Positions 44,694 to 53,399 of a DNA stretch of 60,427 nt are shown in pieces. The stretch's first letter is position 1; each line of letters begins with the position of its first letter. The notes under the pieces were generated by a model that saw only the letters and a program-made list of their open reading frames with translations, searched no databases and was not told the origin of the DNA. The DNA is from a virus (lineage: Duplodnaviria > Caudoviricetes). The stretch is taken from positions 1 to 60,427 of the IMG/VR virus record IMGVR_UViG_3300007734_000733; one strand, written 5' to 3'. The translations under genes and the position numbers were made by a program.

Positions 44694-45382
44694 GCCCACC
44701 TACCCGATAACAAACTGGGTTTAATGACCGTGGGCACCTTCTCCCGGTCCTCCGCAGCGGCAGCTTGGTAGGCTATATCAGCCAGTCCATGCAACGGCGC
44801 AGCGCGTTCTGGAGCCCACTTCACGGCTAGTCTAGCAGCCATTCCGGCTGCCATGGCATCAAACCAACGCTGCGGTACATCCAGCGTATTGGTCGGGTTG
44901 CCGGGGTCTTGGGTGAAATTCATGGTGTAGTAGTACAGCGTGTAGGCCGAGCTATCCGGCGTCGGCCATAGGTACATTGTCGGCGTAATGGTGCGCTCAA
45001 AGTAGTACTGAGTCGGCGGGGCTTGCTGCTGCTTGTTGGGGATAGACGCATAATCCGCCCTACTGATGGGCGAAAGCATAATGTCCGTGTTGATGCCGCC
45101 GCTGGTTGTGCGGCGGTAAACCTGGAAGACTTCCACGTTCTTTGAATTTAACGTCAGGCTCTGCTGGCCTTGAGTTAGGGCTGAGTTGTTAAGGGTAACC
45201 TCCCAAAGGTTGACCCCCTTATTAGCCCATTCAGAACATAGGTAACTAAGGCTACGAATGGCGCTTTGTACGTCATTAGCCGACAGGTCTGAAGCCTCAC
45301 GGCCCATACGCTCGTAAGCCTCGACGATTACGCTATCAAGTTCGGTGTTTACGCCAAAGTCATACGTGCCGGTAAGCGTCAT
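44690..45382 (-). CDS. Head-tail adaptor/gatekeeper-like protein
   Basis: I.EAYER.G, A.RSL......W.N.G.NLW, ISR.DY..IPNK...P.QYY, LWPTPD, DVP.R. Confidence 0.75.
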   Translation of the reverse strand: MTLTGTYDFGVNTELDSVIVEAYERMGREASDLSANDVQSAIRSLSYLCSEWANKGVNLWEVTLNNSALTQGQQSLTLNSKNVEVFQVYRRTTSGGINTDIMLSPISRADYASIPNKQQQAPPTQYYFERTITPTMYLWPTPDSSAYTLYYYTMNFTQDPGNPTNTLDVPQRWFDAMAAGMAARLAVKWAPERAAPLHGLADIAYQAAAAEDREKVPTVIKPSLLSGRWA

Positions 45383-45637
45383 TTAACAAGCCCACCTTTT
45401 GCGAGCGGCTTTTCCACGTTCGCCAGTCCACCCCTGCGACCTAGCACAAAAACTTTTTTTACGGCCAGACTCCGCCTCACTTTTGGGGTGTGGCGCTGGG
45501 GGCTTTAGATTGCTTCCCGTGCGCCGATTGATGGACGCCCTACCCTTGGCAGTCAAACCAGCGCCTTTAGCCACAGACAGCTTGTAGCCGCCTGAAACCG
45601 TCATCCCGCGCATCTGGTCTTTCTTGCCACGGGCCAT
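45383..45637 (-). CDS. Small basic protein (DUF6321-like)
   Basis: GLT.KGR...NR.TGSNLK.P...RKKSFCAR...RW.C. Confidence 0.7.
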   Translation of the reverse strand: MARGKKDQMRGMTVSGGYKLSVAKGAGLTAKGRASINRRTGSNLKPPAPHPKSEAESGRKKSFCARSQGWTGERGKAARKRWAC

Positions 45638-45642
45638 AGGGG

Positions 45643-46299
45643 TTAGTACCCTGATTGGTTAAAGTTGACGTTCATTGTGCCAGTAGCTGTAGTGCTGGCA
45701 AGGAAGATGGCGCGATACGCTGTGGCGTTGTCCGAGTAAGTAAGGCTGGTTGAAGTTCCAATCGCAGACAAGCCAGCGGCGGTAACTGCAACAGGAGTTG
45801 TGGTCGTAGAAATTGGATCAAAAGTGCGTTGAATTGTAACCAAAGAAGTTGTGGCTGTATTCATAGTGATTGCCACGGACACAGCTACAGGATTCTGGAA
45901 AGTATCAACTATAGCCCAGCGGCTGGTGCCGGTAATACCGACACCAACCGTGAATGAACTACTTGCTAAAGTCCCAACTGAGATTGCCGTGACTTTGAAG
46001 AACTCAGCCACAGTAGTGGCTGTAGCATTATTTGGCCCAGTAAGCGTTGTAGATACAGCATACCCAGACGTATCAATGCCCGTGATCGTAAAGGTCGCCG
46101 TGCTGATATTGCCGGTTGATGTGACCGTAAGTGTCCGTTGAAGGCCGGGCGCTACAGTCACCGCAAAGGGCGTTACACCAGCGTTAAAATTAGATAGCGA
46201 CCCATTAAGAACAAGGGACTGATCTGTGGCCGTAGTCGTTTGCGTAGCGCAAACGCCATTAACCGTTTGTGTGGGGAAGTTGAATATTACTGGGCGCAT
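45643..46299 (-). CDS. Ser/Thr-rich virion decoration-like protein (paralog of 47240-47992)
   Basis: About 32% Ser+Thr by manual count. Shares R....T..N.ST.TFT..G.D..G.....LTGP...F..VT. Confidence 0.7.
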   Translation of the reverse strand: MRPVIFNFPTQTVNGVCATQTTTATDQSLVLNGSLSNFNAGVTPFAVTVAPGLQRTLTVTSTGNISTATFTITGIDTSGYAVSTTLTGPNNATATTVAEFFKVTAISVGTLASSSFTVGVGITGTSRWAIVDTFQNPVAVSVAITMNTATTSLVTIQRTFDPISTTTTPVAVTAAGLSAIGTSTSLTYSDNATAYRAIFLASTTATGTMNVNFNQSGY

Positions 46300-47167
46300 T
46301 TGCTACTCCAAGAGAAGTGTCATGGCCGTTTGTTAATGGGAGTGGCCCCCCCAACATAGCGTCGTAAAGTTTATGTTCTCCGCCAATTCCAGCCGCCTGG
46401 GGAGCGGCAATCGGTTGGATAATGGAAGGAGTAGACACCTGAATGGTCTGGAACTGAGCGGCCAGTTTGGGTGGGTTACGGACACGTTCTTCGTGTACCA
46501 GAATCTGTTGTGCGGTCATAATCTTGCCGCCCATTCCAGGCGGATGATTGGGGTCGGAGAACCAACCGTAGGGCTGCTGGCGGTTGTATATATCCATCAG
46601 GGTCGAGTTCTGGGCAACGGCAAATCTGATGCCACGCTGGGTTCCGATACCCATGTAAAACTCACAACACGCCCGGCCAGATTCGGCCAGATGCACATCT
46701 GGATACGAAAAATCGCAGCCAAACAGGCCGATTTCGTTAAAGCCATCAGCCATTGCCAGCGCAATAGCGTAAGAAACGCTGGTATTGAAATAAGTAATGC
46801 CGCCAAACGAAGCCATAACCCGAGCGAACGGGTAAACGACATGGTTCGGATAACGGGGGTGCGGCCACGATGTATAGAACGGGGTGTTGTCCTTCAGCGC
46901 GTATTCGCACATATCGCGGACAACGGGGTGGCCCAAATAGGGGTGAACGGGGTCAACGTGGATAATGCGGTCGCAGCGAATCTGTGCGCCCATATAGTTA
47001 ATGCACCACGTTTCTGCATTCTGAAGAATTTCAGGGCGGCCTTCCATAAGCTGCGCCTGGAAGAAGTCCTGTCGGCTAGAACCCATAGCAACGATATTGA
47101 CCGCCTTACGGGCCGGGGCGTGCATGATCGCTGTAGGTGCTGCTTGTGCTAGATGAGCTTCTGTCAC
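46259..47167 (-). CDS. Putative nonulosonate/sialyl-transferase (CstII GT42 / Maf-like fold)
   Basis: VNIVAMGSS..., WCIN, IIHVD, and NTSVSYAIALAMADGFNEIGLFGCDF, which mirrors CstII-type TSGVYMCAVAIALGYKEIYLSGIDF (recalled). Confidence 0.65.
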   Translation of the reverse strand: MTEAHLAQAAPTAIMHAPARKAVNIVAMGSSRQDFFQAQLMEGRPEILQNAETWCINYMGAQIRCDRIIHVDPVHPYLGHPVVRDMCEYALKDNTPFYTSWPHPRYPNHVVYPFARVMASFGGITYFNTSVSYAIALAMADGFNEIGLFGCDFSYPDVHLAESGRACCEFYMGIGTQRGIRFAVAQNSTLMDIYNRQQPYGWFSDPNHPPGMGGKIMTAQQILVHEERVRNPPKLAAQFQTIQVSTPSIIQPIAAPQAAGIGGEHKLYDAMLGGPLPLTNGHDTSLGVANAPSNIQLPHTNG

Positions 47168-47197
47168 GGGTTATTTCCTTGCCTAGTTACCGTCAAT

Positions 47198-47230
47198 AAG
47201 AAACACCGGGGCATGACGGACATGCCCCGG
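47198..47230 (-). terminator. Terminator-like hairpin upstream of the transferase gene
   Basis: CCGGGGCATG-N5-CATGCCCCGG followed by TGTTTCTT on minus. Confidence 0.65.
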
Positions 47231-47239
47231 CGATTAACA

Positions 47240-47992
47240 TTAAGCAGAATACGGCGTTACGCCATACGTATTTTCTTTGGTGTCGTTACCAGCCAGAGTC
47301 CCGTCGTTCGGGGTAACAAACTGGAAGGTGACGTACCTGGAGCCGTTAGCCAGCACAGTCGTAGCCAATGCAACCGTTCCGCGAACATCAGCGGTGGTCG
47401 CCGTAGCAACGCCCGTAGCAGCAAAACCAGCGGTATAAGTCGGAGCAACTGACGCCGAGCCACCGTTGATATAAGCCCCAAGACCTTCGCCCACGTTAGT
47501 AAGGCGATAAGGCAAGCCGTAGGTATCCGATGTACCAATCGCCAAAAGGCCAGTGGCCGCGCCATTCGCAGATGCGGTGGTGACGGTCTTAAAAGCCGAA
47601 AGCGTAGTAACAACAGAACCAGAATTGCCGAAGGTATTGCCGGTCGGGCCGGTGAGGGATGCAGTAAGCGACGCACCATACGCATCCGTACCTTGGAAGG
47701 TAAATGTCGTCGTTGACATATTGCTGGAAGCCGTAATGGACACGCAACGCGGAACGTCAAAGGTAGCAACGCCGCTGCTGACCAAGGCACCCGTGCTGGT
47801 CAGCGTACCAGCAATTGCCGAAGACGCATAAAACACGCCGCTGGCCAAAGAAGTAGACGCTGTACCGAGTTGGTAAACGTAAGTCTGAGTCAGTGGGACG
47901 CCATAAATTTCGTCCTCAGCATACCCACTCGGGACGGTAGCGCGGTTGTAAGACGCACGCCCCATTTTGACGCTATCAAAAAAAGTTGTCAT
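47240..47992 (-). CDS. Ser/Thr-rich capsid decoration-like protein
   Basis: Directly after the major capsid gene. DVPR.V.I, G.D.YG, AFKTVT, GLP, ATATT.DVRGT. Confidence 0.7.
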   Translation of the reverse strand: MTTFFDSVKMGRASYNRATVPSGYAEDEIYGVPLTQTYVYQLGTASTSLASGVFYASSAIAGTLTSTGALVSSGVATFDVPRCVSITASSNMSTTTFTFQGTDAYGASLTASLTGPTGNTFGNSGSVVTTLSAFKTVTTASANGAATGLLAIGTSDTYGLPYRLTNVGEGLGAYINGGSASVAPTYTAGFAATGVATATTADVRGTVALATTVLANGSRYVTFQFVTPNDGTLAGNDTKENTYGVTPYSA

Positions 47993-48017
47993 AATGACGC
48001 CTCACTATTTTGTTGTG

Positions 48018-48057
48018 AAAAGGGCCACCGCGCCTATTTTTCGCGGCACGATGGCCC
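48018..48057 (-). terminator. Intrinsic terminator after the major capsid gene
   Basis: 13-bp GC stem with G-U pairs, followed by TTTT. Confidence 0.7.
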
Positions 48058-48083
48058 CATTCTCTATTCAAAAATCGGGGTTA

Positions 48084-48989
48084 TTAGGTAGCGCCCGAGC
48101 TACCATAAGCACCGCGAGAGTTCGACCAGCCGAACGAGTACCGTTCGATGGCCTTCGCCAACAGGTTGTCGCTCGTAAAGTCAGTGAAAACGTCAGTCTC
48201 AAGAGCTTCACGGACGTAGTGTTTCAAGCCGTTGGGGGCGTCGGTCATAAGGAACCAAGCGTTCGTGTCAGTCAGGAAGTGATTGACGCGATAACCCTGC
48301 GGCACGGCACCAATGTTATAGATCGCATTGATGTCGTTGTTCGCGGTGCCGGTGCGGAACTGCGAGTGCAGGATACGATCAGCCGTAAACTGAAGCTGCG
48401 GCGGAACGATCAGTTTGGTGGGCTTCGTCATCGTGATGAGGCCCGCTTGGTCGCGGAACTGCGAGATGGTCACAATGGCGTCTTGCAGCGACGATTCGTT
48501 CAGATCGACCTGAACGCTCGGCGTGTTGGCAAACGTGCCGGTGTCAATCGGGTGCGCCGTCGAGAACAGAGAAACACCGTCGCCGCCGGGGAACGAGGTC
48601 GAGAAGCCGTTGTTCAGCACCGAAGCGCCGTTGACTTCTTTGCTCTGCAACATCGAGTTACGCAGCGACTGAGCCTGCTGCGGGAACTGCGACTCGTAAA
48701 GGTTATCCTTCATCGCTTGGCGGGTAATCATAAAGCCAACGCTGGTATAGCGATGGTAGTAGGTGCTGATGACGCGCTGTCCCATGTCTTGAAACTGCGT
48801 CGGAGCGCCTTCACCCTTAATCGAAGCGAGGCCCAACAGCTTCATTTCGACTTCGATTTCAACAGCCTTGTCGGAGGTATGGGTGCTGAAAATCTCAGTG
48901 TATTCTGCCGGGTACATCGGATAGTCGCCGAAAACTTCTGCCAAGCCGGGGCGAAGAAGCTGCTGAATCGAACTGGTATTAATGGTCAT
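48084..48989 (-). CDS. Major capsid protein
   Basis: L.PGL...FG..Y, S..A.E, K.EG, IT..A..DNLY, LNNGF, GDGV.LFS.AHP, LIVPP.L.F.A.RIL.S, NHFLTD..AWF..TD.PNGLK, ERYSFG.S..RG.YGS.G. Confidence 0.9.
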   Translation of the reverse strand: MTINTSSIQQLLRPGLAEVFGDYPMYPAEYTEIFSTHTSDKAVEIEVEMKLLGLASIKGEGAPTQFQDMGQRVISTYYHRYTSVGFMITRQAMKDNLYESQFPQQAQSLRNSMLQSKEVNGASVLNNGFSTSFPGGDGVSLFSTAHPIDTGTFANTPSVQVDLNESSLQDAIVTISQFRDQAGLITMTKPTKLIVPPQLQFTADRILHSQFRTGTANNDINAIYNIGAVPQGYRVNHFLTDTNAWFLMTDAPNGLKHYVREALETDVFTDFTSDNLLAKAIERYSFGWSNSRGAYGSSGAT

Positions 48990-49013
48990 GTGTTTTTTCC
49001 TAGGCCAAAAGCG

Positions 49014-49613
49014 TTACGGACGCGGCGTTCCAGCAGAACGCTGGCCATTGTTGATCTGAACAACCCAGTTGGCGAACGCGCCAACGGCGTTGCCAACACG
49101 CGGATCAAGCGACGTAATTCGCATGTTCAGGCCAGACGCAGTACTCGCAGTGGCATTATTCAACGTAACGGCAGATAGACCCGTGCGAGTGCTGCCAGCC
49201 GTGTAAACGAAGTTCGCATTAAGGCCCGGAGCCGCAGAGGTGAGCGGAGTGCCCGCAGCGCCCGTAGAATCGCCCTCAGTCATCGTGTATTGCGCCATCG
49301 GATCGTCGATAACCAACGCGATGGGGGTGTTGCCCGTAAGGACGTTACCAGTCGCACCAGCCCACTGATTCGTGAACTGCCATACGCCGCTGGCGTCCTG
49401 GTATTTGCAGCCCTGGAAAGCGCCCAGGACCGGAGAGGTCGCCGCACCGCGAACGATGATGCCCACGGTGGAAAGCGCCACCGGGTCGTTCTGGAAGATC
49501 GACTGGCCGCCCGTCGCCGGGAGGTTGTACTGGTTGGTGATACCATTGAAGGTAACGCCGTTACCGCTATTAAGCGGCTGGAGGCCGAAGCCACCGCTTG
49601 CGCCGTAAGCCAT
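49014..49613 (-). CDS. Capsid cement/decoration protein
   Basis: FGL.P, IFQ.DPV, G.F.GC.Y, V.DDP, G.S. Directly upstream of the major capsid gene. Confidence 0.7.
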   Translation of the reverse strand: MAYGASGGFGLQPLNSGNGVTFNGITNQYNLPATGGQSIFQNDPVALSTVGIIVRGAATSPVLGAFQGCKYQDASGVWQFTNQWAGATGNVLTGNTPIALVIDDPMAQYTMTEGDSTGAAGTPLTSAAPGLNANFVYTAGSTRTGLSAVTLNNATASTASGLNMRITSLDPRVGNAVGAFANWVVQINNGQRSAGTPRP

Positions 49614-49659
49614 GTTTTGCTCCTGTCAGATGCACGGGAAAAGTGCGAAAAATACTGAT

Positions 49660-49767
49660 TGCCGTTGCGACGGCACGGAGCAGATACGTGACTGCACTTC
49701 GATAACGGGTCTGATAACCCGGCCAAGTACGTGATTGGCGTCGATAACCCAAGCCTGGGATCGTTAT
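49660..49767 (-). ncRNA. Structured leader of the capsid operon with repeated hairpins
   Basis: Two hairpins with TCACGTA loops, GTTATC x3 and three further stems. Confidence 0.45.
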
Positions 49768-49899
49768 ATGTTTCTACATTACCATAATTTTTAGAATATG
49801 TAAGTCCCGAATTATGGTGGGGTGGCCAGGATGGCCCCTTCACTCCTCCGGCAAGGGAAAGGTGGGCCGGGGCCATTATAACCCCAGCCACCCCGTACT

Positions 49900-50397
49900 T
49901 TAATCTTTGAACTGGGTAACGTGCCCAAATTCAGTTTTAGATTCATCAAAACGCGGCAGGGTTTGGGCAAACGGATTAGTACCAGAACTCTGAGTCCAAT
50001 TGGTGCCTTCCATCAACTTCCGGGCTCGCGCTTCAACGATATCCCGGTCCCTTTTTACGTCTACTGACGGCTTTTCACAAAGAATAAGGCCGCCTTCGTT
50101 AATATACTTATCGTCGTCGGTGCCAAAACCAATATTCGGTACTGGCGGGAACAATTCTGGGTGACGATCACGCGGAACCGGACGCCAGCCGGAACGATAC
50201 TTGTTGTTCCAGTTGTCTTTATTGTACGTGCCGGAGTTATCGAAGGCTACCGCTACCCAGGCGTAGGTCATCCCGCGAGGGATAACTTCTGCGGGGATGT
50301 GAAAACGGGATTCGTGTGTACTTTTGTGGACTTTACGTGTTTCCGCCGTGCGCGAATTACTATCGCGTGTTTCGGAATTGCGAGGCTTACGGCCCAT
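49900..50397 (-). CDS. Conserved head-module protein
   Basis: IP.G..Y.WV...N......GW.PV...HPE...I..GGLILC. Confidence 0.7.
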   Translation of the reverse strand: MGRKPRNSETRDSNSRTAETRKVHKSTHESRFHIPAEVIPRGMTYAWVAVAFDNSGTYNKDNWNNKYRSGWRPVPRDRHPELFPPVPNIGFGTDDDKYINEGGLILCEKPSVDVKRDRDIVEARARKLMEGTNWTQSSGTNPFAQTLPRFDESKTEFGHVTQFKD

Positions 50398-50408
50398 AGT
50401 TAATAATC

Positions 50409-51533
50409 CTACTGATTGTTGTTTTTCATAAGGCGACGAGCATAACTAACCTTGGCATCGTCAAAATTCATGGGTTGAAACGCCCTTGAGTGACCCTGCG
50501 GGTACTTTGGACCACCACCATTATCAACCATCTTTTTAACAAACCTAAGTTGATCTCCAGTCAGCTTGAATTTAGTCGGGCTTCCGGTTGCTTGGCCTCC
50601 AGAAGACATAGAGCGGGTCGGTGAAGCTACGGGAGAAGCCTTTCTGGTCTGCTGTTTGGGCTGCTCTTGTTCTTCTTCACCGAAATAATCGGGAAATTGA
50701 TCCCGCATATGCTCTTCGACTTCCCTAAAATACTCAGGTGACGACACTTTATAATTAAGGCGACCGTCTGCAATTTTACGTTCAAGGTTTGTGGCAAACA
50801 AAGTTGCCTCAGTATGCATAGCATCGTCATATTCTGGGTTTTTTAGAGGCCGACCCGACCTATCAAAAACAACACCGCCGCTATCATCTCGTTGGATAGA
50901 ATCGAAATAGCGGTTTTCCATAACCCAGTCTTTAACGGGTTCTGGCAATTCTGGGATATTAACAGCCACCCGCTGTTGTGCAGCTTGCTGTTGGCGCGGC
51001 TGCTCAACGGTCTTGGACTTTTCAGACTTTTTCCACGCCTCAACATCGTCCATCGTCGCTTTAGAAGATGCCAACTGCTCAGACGCCTCGGTAATCCTGG
51101 CCGGGTCGCCGCTTTCAATAGCCGCCGAAAGGGATGAGCGGGCATCACGCAAATCAGACTCAGCCTTAGCCGCGTAACTGTGCATCGCTACGTTTGATGC
51201 CTCGTTAGCCTTAGCCTCAAACTCAGAAGCACGCTGCCGTTCACGTTCCAATTCGGCCTGGAGTTGACTGGCATACCCACGCGCCTCATCACGCTCATGG
51301 GTCAGCGTTGCGTAACGCTTCGGCCCTCTGCGCTTAAAGATTTTCTGCGTATCTTCCGTAACTTCAACGGCTTCGGTTTTAGCTGGCTCCGCACCGTCTT
51401 CGTTCGGAAGTTCAATGTCTTCATCTACAAACTCCTCCTGACCAGTAAGGTTGCTGGGCGTAGGCGCTGACTCTTGTGTAGAGCCGCCTTCAGAGCCCTC
51501 CGGCGCGTAATTAGGCGTTTGAATGATTTTCAT
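50409..51533 (-). CDS. Capsid scaffolding protein
   Basis: Acidic N-terminus, coiled coil, W...N.YF, S.EY..E, FP.YF, KLT..Q. Position in the head module. Confidence 0.7.
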   Translation of the reverse strand: MKIIQTPNYAPEGSEGGSTQESAPTPSNLTGQEEFVDEDIELPNEDGAEPAKTEAVEVTEDTQKIFKRRGPKRYATLTHERDEARGYASQLQAELERERQRASEFEAKANEASNVAMHSYAAKAESDLRDARSSLSAAIESGDPARITEASEQLASSKATMDDVEAWKKSEKSKTVEQPRQQQAAQQRVAVNIPELPEPVKDWVMENRYFDSIQRDDSGGVVFDRSGRPLKNPEYDDAMHTEATLFATNLERKIADGRLNYKVSSPEYFREVEEHMRDQFPDYFGEEEQEQPKQQTRKASPVASPTRSMSSGGQATGSPTKFKLTGDQLRFVKKMVDNGGGPKYPQGHSRAFQPMNFDDAKVSYARRLMKNNNQ

Positions 51534-51544
51534 AATCTTGCCTA

Positions 51545-52030
51545 TCAGATTTTGGGGGCCATATAGACTGAAGTTACTTCAGTCGGGCCTTTGATGACTG
51601 CGATTACTTTGTCATCGGGAAGAAGGGCCATCGCTACATGATTGTAGTGACAAATAAACGACGACTGGCGCGGAATTACAATCCAGTCACCAACCCTGCA
51701 CCACGGTCCTTCGGGGTAGCGCACAGTTCCATCTGGGTTAAATCCCTTATAAGCCTGCGGCCCAACGGCGCAAACCAATGCAGAGACTGATTCAAACTTG
51801 TCTTGGTTTTTAGTAACTTCCGGCGTCCAAAGCGTTTGCTTTGTGCCATCCGGCATATCGACAACAAGCAATTCATCGGGACGAATGTAAATCTTTGCCG
51901 CAATCATGTACCCAGCGGGGCGAAGCTCGAATGGCTTTTGTGTAATTTCGATAAACTGCTTGTTAATGAGATCGGTTGCTTCGGAGATTTCGCTCTCTTC
52001 TACAAACGGCAGACTTTTAACTTTATCCAT
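51545..52030 (-). CDS. GroES-like co-chaperonin
   Basis: P.GY.I, V.AVGP.AY, GPWC.VGDW....R, LL.DD.VIAV. Confidence 0.75.
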   Translation of the reverse strand: MDKVKSLPFVEESEISEATDLINKQFIEITQKPFELRPAGYMIAAKIYIRPDELLVVDMPDGTKQTLWTPEVTKNQDKFESVSALVCAVGPQAYKGFNPDGTVRYPEGPWCRVGDWIVIPRQSSFICHYNHVAMALLPDDKVIAVIKGPTEVTSVYMAPKI

Positions 52031-52313
52031 AACTTATCCTTGCCTGTTGAGTGTTTTCTTTGTCCGGTTGATCCGAACTGGTAATTTTTTTGTATTCTTC
52101 CTCAATCATTAAAATGACCATGTTAATGGCATCTATGGTTGAGTTTGTGTCGATTGCAAAAAAAGCGATTTCTTCCGCCGTAGCGGCGGGAACCGCCGCG
52201 CCCTCGACAACCATCGGGGCGCGGGGTTTGCATCTTCGGAGTGCGTTTATCTTGTCTTCCCGAATTTCACGTAGTCGTGCCGTGACCTTCCTTGCCAGCA
52301 GGTCTGCACTCAT
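52023..52313 (-). CDS. Hypothetical protein
   Basis: Coupled ORF upstream of GroES. Confidence 0.6.
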   Translation of the reverse strand: MSADLLARKVTARLREIREDKINALRRCKPRAPMVVEGAAVPAATAEEIAFFAIDTNSTIDAINMVILMIEEEYKKITSSDQPDKENTQQARISYG

Positions 52314-52379
52314 TACTTACCTTTGCCTTTCTTTACGGCGGTCGGCTTCAGACGGATGTTTTTTACAGGACGCGACATA

Positions 52380-53399
52380 TCAACCTCCCTTTCCGTAAAG
52401 CATCATTTTGATCTTATCGGGCATCGGTGACTTCTTGCGGAGTTTGGCAGCGCCGCCAGCGGCCTTCTTCATGACCTTGCCGCCGTGCTTCATCGGGGGA
52501 GCCATTTGCGGAGCCATCGGGGGAGCCATGCCGAGGCCAGCCATGCGCGTGCCGGGCATCGGGGTCGCAGGACGGCGCACCTTCTTCAAGGCGCTCATCA
52601 AGGCGTTGGCCTCTCCAACAGTCCCCATGACTTTCTTTTTGTCGCCTTTGACCTTGCCGCCTTTTTTGTAGCCTTCTTCTTTAAGGCCCGTTCTAAATGA
52701 TTCTTTTCTTTTAGCGCGTTCTTTAAGGCCAATATTTTTTGAGATAGCAACATCGGCATCATCTAGTTTGTCTTTGATGTAATCTTTTCCACGATTAGCG
52801 TATGCACTTAATGCGTTGTCTTTTTTTGCTTTAGCTTGCCTATTTCTTCCGGCCAATTTTCCGCTGTAATAAGCATCTGTATCTCCAACGCCGGGTACAG
52901 GGCTCATCCCCTCAAAAGCATCAATTTCACCCGGGTTAGTCTTTCCACCATCAGCATACTTCTTCACCATCCCGCCGTTCATCAGCTTGGACTTCTGGCC
53001 GGGGTGCATGAGTTTATTGTGGCGTTCCATCAAGGCGCGGTCTTGCTTCTTGTCTTTTACTTCGCCGCCTTTGGCGTACTTGGGCTCTTTGTCCTTAGCC
53101 TTGTCTTGTGCAGCCGACTTGTCGGGAGTCTTCGGCGGGAACCGTTTCTGAATCTCCTTGCTGGCGTCTTTGGCTTCCTTATCACTCATTGGGCCAAGGC
53201 CCTGAGTGCGGTCGCTGCCATACGGGTCTTTCATCTTCCCGCCATCGGCCTTTTTGATCGGGCCGCCTTTTGCAAAAGCAGTCACGTTGCTCACGCCGCG
53301 TGCCGGTTGGTTGTTGTTCTTCAGGCCCGTGTCCGGCTTCTTATTCAGAGCCATAATATGCGGCATCATTTTCTGAGCATTGCGGCGCATTGAGTCCAT
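52380..53399 (-). CDS. Lys-rich internal head protein with repeated xGGx motifs
   Basis: FAKGGPI, ADGGKM, YAKGGEV, MNGGMV, YADGGK, YKKGGKV, MKHGGKV, AAGGAA. Confidence 0.7.
   Translation of the reverse strand: MDSMRRNAQKMMPHIMALNKKPDTGLKNNNQPARGVSNVTAFAKGGPIKKADGGKMKDPYGSDRTQGLGPMSDKEAKDASKEIQKRFPPKTPDKSAAQDKAKDKEPKYAKGGEVKDKKQDRALMERHNKLMHPGQKSKLMNGGMVKKYADGGKTNPGEIDAFEGMSPVPGVGDTDAYYSGKLAGRNRQAKAKKDNALSAYANRGKDYIKDKLDDADVAISKNIGLKERAKRKESFRTGLKEEGYKKGGKVKGDKKKVMGTVGEANALMSALKKVRRPATPMPGTRMAGLGMAPPMAPQMAPPMKHGGKVMKKAAGGAAKLRKKSPMPDKIKMMLYGKGG

Noticed and set aside
47967-49178. 403-aa plus-strand ORF
   Set aside because: Antisense shadow of the capsid genes with no motifs. The same applies to most other overlapping opposite-strand ORFs in the track.
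49815-49894. Canonical tRNA gene
   Set aside because: No TTCRA T-loop or proper anticodon arm. Kept only as a low-interest structured element.
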